Assembly (NCBI GenBank): GCA_964016885.1
Contig: OZ024740.1
Coordinates: 233,616,001 to 233,680,000 of the forward strand
Reading direction: 5' to 3'
DNA from: Eledone cirrhosa
Taxonomy: Eukaryota
Length of the DNA stretch: 64,000 nucleotides
This document shows, one piece after another, positions 56,535 through 64,000 of the stretch. Below the pieces are notes generated by a model, which worked only from the letters and a program-made list of their open reading frames with translations, did not search any database and was not told the origin of the DNA. A program made the translations under genes and the position numbers. Positions within the stretch are counted from its first letter, which is position 1. The number at the start of each line of letters is the position of its first letter.

Positions 56535-59500
56535 CGTGCGTGCGTGTGTGTGTCTGCGTGTGTGTGCTGGTGTTGATGGCGGACAAGAAGCCTTACTTAG
56601 ATCACAGCTGTACTGTAGTGTAGTAGAACCGTAAAATTGTGGAACAGCTATGATTCCTTGCGTGGTGTTATTTAGAGAAGTATTGGATCTTGTGGAAGAG
56701 CCGTGGATAAAGAAATGAAATAAAAGGATGGAATAAAATAAAAAAGAAAGAAGAAAGGAGTGAGACAGATGTATGTGGAGATAAAAACTATGTAAAGTGG
56801 AACAAGAATAATTTGCAAGGTGAAACATTTCACTGACATTCTTAACATTTCACCCACCATGTATAAATATAAACACAGGTCACGGAGATACGAATTTATA
56901 CAATCTGTTTATTGAGTCGACATGAGGGTTCTCTTGTACTGGGAGTTACTTTTTGTTGTTTTATTTTATTCCTCTACTTTTTATATTTTCGTTTATATAC
57001 CACATTACGGATCAAATTTCTGTTACTCATGGAAATGTTGTGGATTAAATACCACAAGATATTTTGTTACGATCTTTTCTGTCTTAGCAAAAAATTCTGA
57101 AAATTCAACAATGTTATTCTACCTTTGGGTAAGAACCAGTTCAGTATTGGGAGTCGATAAAATCGACTGCACTTTTCCTCTTCAAATTTTTGACACAATC
57201 GTTAAAACATCGGTATTTAGTCGACTTTGACTCTCGGCCTTCCAATGTCGATAAAACAAAATAAATGTCAAGTACTTAGATTAGCTTAAGTGCAAAATGT
57301 TACGCCTTGTGCATATATTAGAAATAATTTTTAGAGTTATGAAGTTATACGAATAGCAAAATGAAGGAGTAACTGGCTAGTGGCACGGAATTATGTCCCT
57401 TCGCATACTACACTAAAATTCCGCCATGATATGATGGTTGATATAATAAGTATTAGTTACGTACTCAGATCACTTTGATCAAGACTCCTTCCTACAAATA
57501 TATAATATTTATATAGAAATATAAAATGATCAATATTATTTAACTTTAACTTTATCAAAGTTTTCAGTTGAAATGCAACCGGTAATAAGTTTGGATTTCT
57601 TCCTCACACCCATAAGCCGATATTTAAGTACTACACTCTCTCTTTAAGAATGTGTGGTATTGTCGCAATCTGATTAACAACTACTATTGAATTAAGTAAT
57701 AAGGGCGGTGCACTGGCAGAATTAGTAGGGCAACAAACTATATTTCGAGATCAAATTCCGCCAAGATCGCATTTTTCCCCATTTCATTCTTCTTTGTCGA
57801 ATAACAGAAATCAGTCATGTAACAGGGGGTTTGGGGTCTAAAGGCTATACTTCCCTCTCTCGGCAAATCGACGAAAACATCAATATATTTTAGAAGTGGT
57901 TCATAACAGGAGTTTATATATGAAATCATATACGATATGGTATGTATCATGAACCTACGAGAGTTATGCTATGAATTTTTTAATGCTTTGACATGATCAC
58001 AGTTTAAGCAAAAATCGTAGGAGGATCCTCCTATATTTATTTTGCATAAACATATCGTATATGCTTATACACCCCAATAATCACTATATATATTTGTTAT
58101 CTCATAACTCCTTGTGGAGTAGTAGAGGCACCGTCAAACGGCGTGTCTAAGGCACTTATAAACCTGGTGGAGACCAACCCTCTCCAGGTATGAACACAGC
58201 GGATTTTTTCTATAGAGGAAGAATCGACCCCAGTACTGGATGATACTTTTTTTATCAACCTCGAAAGGATGGAAGGCAAAGTTGACCTCGGTGGGATTTG
58301 AACTCTGAGCGCGCAATGAGGTGGGACGAATACCGTAAATCATTCTATCCGATGTCTTAACGACTCTGCCAATTCGCCACCTAATCAATATTTTATATAT
58401 TACTTATTACATGACTATTTATGTACGTCTATGTATGTTCTCTATTTAAATCTCTTCGCAGATTATACAATATATAAATACTAGTCAGGTACTGGGTTGA
58501 AATTACTAAGACATATTTAGTTAACTGACAACTCTTGCTCTCGACAAACACACACACGCCACGCCCGCATGGTTTTAATTTATGTTCAAGGTTAACTTTG
58601 CCTTTCATCCTTACGGGGTCGATAAAATAAAGTACCAGTAATGTACTGGGTAATTGCTGGCCTTGTTCCAAATGTAAAAACAATTTATGTTCATGAGTTT
58701 ATGTAAGAAATTACTGTTATCGAGGGCGTGAGCTAACTCGAAGTTACGAGTTGGCTGAGTGGGTTCAATTCTGACTAGATGTATCCAAACTTTAGTCGTA
58801 ATCCATGTTTGAGCTCTACTAAATAGAATTATCTGTCTACATACTACATGTAGTAAACAAACTAATCATTTATCGGGCGGGATATTTTAGGATGTTCTAA
58901 CGATAATTAATCAACCCTAGTATATAACCAAATTTTGATACGCGATTGGCGTCAATGTAGTTCAGTTACACCCTTAATATATTTGAGAAAGCTATAGATG
59001 TAACGCCACTCATCGATCCCTTAATCTGTATACAATTGTGCTTCATGTGGCTCAAGATCTTGATTGGCATGCTAAACTTAATACAATTATAACATTCGTC
59101 CATTTAGATATGAAATGCTTGACCATGGCGATATTATCCCATATTATTATTCGCTCTGGTTTTTCTTTTTTCTTTTTTTAGATTTATTTTCCTTAACACT
59201 GGTTTTAAGGAGGCACTGTAAATGTTAGGCAAGAATAGTTTTGTAGAGAAGACTCATTTTGTTATCATATATAATGGTGTGGAATTGTGCTAATGAAGGA
59301 GGTGGTAAAAGAAATATTTACGGATAAAAGATTAAGAAACACTGTTCTAGTCATATAGCTCAAATCCTCACATATTTAATTTCACTGGGATCCATAAAAA
59401 GAAAAGAAAAATGCCAGTGATGACGTGAATAGAGTCAACTATATACTTCTCATTCAAAATATAAACTTCTTATTAATGAAGACAAATATATATTGTTGGC

Positions 59501-59920
59501 TCTTTACGTTCTGAGTTCAAATTCCACCGAGGTCACCTTTGCCTATCATCCTTCTTAATTCGATAAAATAGAGTAACAGTCAAGTGAAGGAGTTGATGGA
59601 ATCGACTCTCCCAATCGCCTCACATGGCTGGCCTTGTGCCTTAAATAAAAAATAAGACATTCTTTTAGCTAAATTAAGGCTGCTCGTTTGGTAGAATTGG
59701 CAGAGCTTAGGACAAACAGCTTGTAGTATTTACGTTTTAAGTTCAAAAGATGTCAGAAGATATAAGTTGATAAAGGTTTGACAATTTAAGTATCAGTCAA
59801 TTAAAATTTTATTGATTGTGGTTAATGATTTAGGCACAAAGCCAACAATTTGGCGGGAGTAGAACATCGATTATGTTGACCACGTGGATTAATGTTACTT
59901 TATTTCATCAGAGAGGAGGA

Positions 59921-59988
<68 letters not shown>

Positions 59989-60969
59989 CCTTTAATACTG
60001 AGAAACACTGTCTCACAGAGAAAATTAAAAAACCGTTGTAAGATAATACATAATTTTAAAAAAAGTTGAAATTAAAAGTTAATAAGGTTTATGAATGGTG
60101 ATGTTTATGATTAAAGAAAAAGGAATTAAGAATAGTATTTATTTAAGGTTTATATATTGAAGGGTTTAATAATATATGCGAAAAGGAATTTATTAATATG
60201 TATTATTAAGGGCGGTGGATTGGCAGTATCGGTAGAGGGTCGGACGTCATGCTTTGACGCATAGAGTTACGGCCCTTGCCCTTCTGAGTTAAAATCCCGC
60301 CGAGGTTAACTTTGCCTTTCATCCGAACGGGGTCGATAAAATAAAGTATCACTAATGCACTGGCTAATTGCTGGCCTTGTGCCAAAAGTAGAAACAATTA
60401 TTAAAATAAAAATATTAAGGATATAAGGTGAACGAAGAAGAGATTAAATGAATTATGAACTTAGAGGAATTAGTTAGGGTTTAAGTTTGTTTTTCTGTAT
60501 TGTAATATGAAAAAGTAAATAATAGGTTTAATACAAGCACGGAAGGAGAGAAGAAAGAAGAAAATTTAAGGAAAAAATATAACCTCAAAAAACATATATA
60601 TGTTTACAAAATTTACTAATGGTCATATTAGTATATATTAAAAATATAGTTTGTATGGCCAAGAATATAAGGAAAATGCTATAGTGAGTAATAATATGAA
60701 TTAAGAAGTAATTGAGAAGTAAAAGTTACAGATTAAAGATTAGAAATTAAAAAAGAAAAAAGGAAGAAAGGAAAAAAGGATAAAAAAGAAGAAAAATAGG
60801 GGACCGCTAACGACATAGAATGAGTAAATTGTATAATATAATATACTGAAATAAGGTAGAAAGATGGGTATATTTGTAAAAGATATAAAAGCGTTTGAGA
60901 AAAGAAGATTTTAAACTAATTAGGTATTGAGATATTAGCTGTATACTTTATGGAAAGTTCTATGGGATT

Positions 60970-62262
60970 TATGCAAGCAGAGCGAAAATGAATCCGTACG
61001 TCTGTTTATTATAGAATTAAAATTAGAGATAATGGTAAATTTCTCGGCTAGGCCGAGATTACATGTTCTGGATAGGGAAGAATTCTGGTAAGAGGAGGCG
61101 TTGCAAACCTTCCTCCAAGAGATGTTGTAGTTAATATTTTTGTCTTATAAGGACCATAAGAGTTCTGAGAGTGCCGTGTTAGTTCTTTTAAGTTGGTATT
61201 TAAAAGACGAATTGTGATTATAAAATCTTGCTTTAAAGGAAGTGGAAGTGGAACCAAAATAGGTAAAAGAATTAGTACCAGTTATAACCTTACATTCATA
61301 CACTAAATCTTTATCAAGACATTGGTTATTAAGAGGACATTTAGTTCTAACAGGGCAATTACAATTACGATTAGAGAAATTACCAGAGTTATTAGCAAGT
61401 TATTTATAGAAGGAATTGGATTGGAGAAGTTATTTACGATAGCTACTATAGTTTCCTGATTTAGATTGGTGTTATGAACATTCGACAAAGTTACGTTTGA
61501 CGTCGTATTTAAATTTACTGAATCTAGCCTAGAGTTAACATTGACATCGGGTTTACTATTGCTATTATTATGACGCTCAGTGTTGGATGGATATAATTTA
61601 TTATTTAATATTTTATTATTATGTTTAGAGATAATGGTAGAGATGTTGGAAGTGGTGGAATAAGAGAATTTGATTGTATGTTTGTTAAAGATCTTACTAT
61701 AGATATGCGACGGAGGGAAGCAATTATCTAAGGCCTTAAAAAATAGTTTAGGAATATTACTAGTAATAGATAGAGAAAAAGGAGCGTTGTACCAAATCAT
61801 ATTTTTGTATCTAGGTCTTTTATTTAAGTTATTGGAATGTTCATAACTAACTATTTTACTATAAGTCCTTCGATGATTGGTTTCTTTACTGTATTTAATT
61901 TTATCAGGATAACCGGCTTTGGAAAGCGCATTATTATAATAATTGGCATTAGCGTCGAAGATAACCTTAATAGAGGATAGATTTGAGATTCTTTTTTCAA
62001 CATTATTGACTATAGCATTTTTAACGTTAGTGGGGTGGTTAGATTTAAAATTAACATAATTTAGATTCTCATTGTCTTTATGGTAAGGGTAATATAGGAC
62101 GGTGTCAAGATTAAGGGATATATCCAGGAAGTTAACTAGTTTGACGTTGTTTTCAAATTCAATTTTTAGGTTATGGTGCTTAAATAGATCAAGTATATTA
62201 TTCTTAATAATATTAAGGTTAAATAAGTTACAGTTTACGACAGTAAAAAGGGCATCGTCACG

Positions 62263-62268
<6 letters not shown>
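60970..62268 (-). pseudogene. Penelope-like element (Neptune-like): RT from the YRDD motif through the thumb, Cys-rich linker and GIY-YIG endonuclease; 5'-truncated at (TA)n
   Basis: Open frame YRDDALF..VNFLDISLNL..YVNFKSNHP..RISNLSS..YNNALSKAGY..IWYNAPFS..FPPSHIYSKIFNKHTIKFSYS. After a frameshift: CNCPVRTKCPLNNQCLDKDLVYEC..YFGST..FKARFYNH..CNLGLAEK, with one internal stop. Confidence 0.92.
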
Positions 62269-62355
<87 letters not shown>

Positions 62356-62360
<5 letters not shown>

Positions 62361-63650
62361 ACAGGAGGCTAGACTGGTGTAAATCCTTGAAAGGTTTATT
62401 ATACTATGATCATTTCAATGACCGGGTTCAATATGAATCCGGTGACATCAGCAGGTAATTCAAAATATAACAAAGGAATATAACAGATAAAATCCATGGT
62501 GCTGAAAATCAGAGACAGGAAGGCGACGACAATTTACCAGCTTCTACCTCTGTCGGCTGCCCTCAAGTGTTGATTATTAAGTCTACTTATGACCATCTGG
62601 TGGTGGTGCGCCAGCTTATAATGTGCTACCACCATCCAGTCAGATGGAAATGTCAGCGTTGATGTCATGCGTCAATCAGGCTGGTGATGCGTGCTCGAAA
62701 TTGCCGCGAAAAATATGTTTTCAAAGAATAAATATCTTCAACAAAGACATATATAGAGAGTAAAAAAGGGACAGAGTGTTTGTGAATGAGAGAGAGATAG
62801 AGAGTGACAGAGCGAGTAAAAAAGAGAGAGAGTGTGCGTGAATGAAAGAGATTGACAGAGAGAATGCTAAAGAGAGAGTGTGTGTAAGTGATATATAGAG
62901 AAAAAGTGACAATTTACAGAAAGAGGCTTTTATGAAAAAGTTTAAGTGTAATATATATAGTCACGATAAATTTTCAGAGTAAATATTACGCCCTTGCTTA
63001 GCGGCCAATAACCAGCGACGACTGCACCTCCTCCACCTCCAGCCACCCCCACCCACGTTCCAGCCGTTCCGAGTAATATGGTCTAGCGAAAGAAATGGAA
63101 ATTAATTTTTCCGAGCACTCCAGGAATGTAACTGTCTTAGGCGTCGGGTTTGTCAGCGGGAAGTCCCCAAGCGCCGGCTGGCTATCGTATATACCAAACG
63201 GTTGCTATTAGATCACACAGGCTGGGGATTTAGTTAAGTGCTAGTAGGAAGCGGCATGATACAGCTAATAGTTATGACTAAGCCTAGAAATTAAAGGTAC
63301 TATTTGGCGGTCAATGCCGACATGGCCACGGGTCGAAGCAGCCGTTCCGAGTAATTTCGTTTATCGAAAGAAGGAGGAATTTATTTTTCCAAGCACTCAA
63401 GGAATGCTGAACTGCCCGAGCGGCTAGCGTGCAGTCGGGAAATCCGCTACATTCGTCGGATCCTCGCGTGTTACCAAACGATTATTATTTATTCATACCC
63501 GTGAATAATAATAAACTCCGTACTCGCACCATCAACTACACAAACGAAGACGGGTGAGTTGCATTACGTTGAGTGCTCTCCATAATATTACATCGAGGTT
63601 GACCACACGGAATGACCAGTTCTATCCAGAGGTGAACCAACAAACCTAAA
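62356..63650. mobile_element. About 1.3-kb non-coding (TA)n-flanked insert with a degenerate hammerhead (62400-62460, -), hairpins and a duplicated structured domain
   Basis: (TA)n at both ends; minus-strand CTGATGT-CACCGG..CCGGT..GAAATGATCATA; hairpin at about 62592-62647; repeats at 63061 and 63339; terminal ACTC..GAGTGC hairpin. Confidence 0.5.
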
Positions 63651-63667
63651 TATATATATATATATAT

Positions 63668-63857
63668 ATCAGATTAGAGGCGGTAACAACCAGTTAGACC
63701 ATTACTCACCAGGGAATTCGACACTTGAGGTAGTAGAGTGGTTAATATGAAAACAATCAGGATCCCGACGGCTGAGCTCCGCCCACTTCAGTAGCTGTTC
63801 GGATCTAGTTGTTGAAACGGCCGTAGCTCAGCCGTCGGGGTCCTGGATTTTTTCAGA
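63668..63857 (-). mobile_element. Diverged family D hairpin mini-element
   Basis: CAGGATCCCGACGGCTGAGCT / AGCTCAGCCGTCGGGGTCCTG inverted pair; tail CCACTCTACTACC..AAGTGTCGA on the minus strand; (TA)n flanks. Confidence 0.7.
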
Positions 63858-64000
63858 TATATATATATATATTTAAAAAAATAGAGGTGTAACACACGAG
63901 TTGTGATATATTAGTAAAAGGAAAAGAAAATGCTGACAAATTTTTCCCAGTGAAAATTAATTTAATTAGGAATAAGTATAAATTAGTAATAAGTATTGGT

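Noticed and set aside
63155-63235. RNase MRP/P-like P4 (GGGAAGTCCCCA / TGGGGATTT)
   Set aside because: The pairing is absent from the second copy and the other conserved regions and spacing do not fit.

Overview
AT-rich, microsatellite-saturated eukaryotic DNA, intergenic or intronic. It is most likely octopus/coleoid cephalopod, inferred from the SINE families and the (TA)n/(TATG)n density. I could not support any host protein-coding gene: almost every ORF in the track is translated simple repeat. The only recognisable protein homology is to retrotransposon remnants: two Penelope-like elements (RT C-terminus plus GIY-YIG endonuclease, 47323-48075 and about 60970-62268), two RTE-type LINE 3' ends, and an R4/Dong-like restriction-like-endonuclease 3' end sitting in (CATA)n. 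The window also holds more than 20 copies of one tRNA-derived SINE, a second CORE-like SINE, hAT and Tc1/mariner MITEs, and several minisatellites. The most notable signal is a set of short (150-350 bp) non-coding elements from several unrelated sequence families, all embedded in (TA)n. They carry type I hammerhead ribozyme cores, are arranged as fold-backs or inverted repeats, and end in a shared (A/G)CTC...GAG(T/C) hairpin plus a short tail. I read them as a (TA)n-targeted, ribozyme-bearing, non-autonomous Penelope-dependent (retrozyme-like) system. One related insert near 63 kb carries a tandemly duplicated structured RNA that I cannot assign. All folding and alignment was done by eye, so boundaries are approximate.
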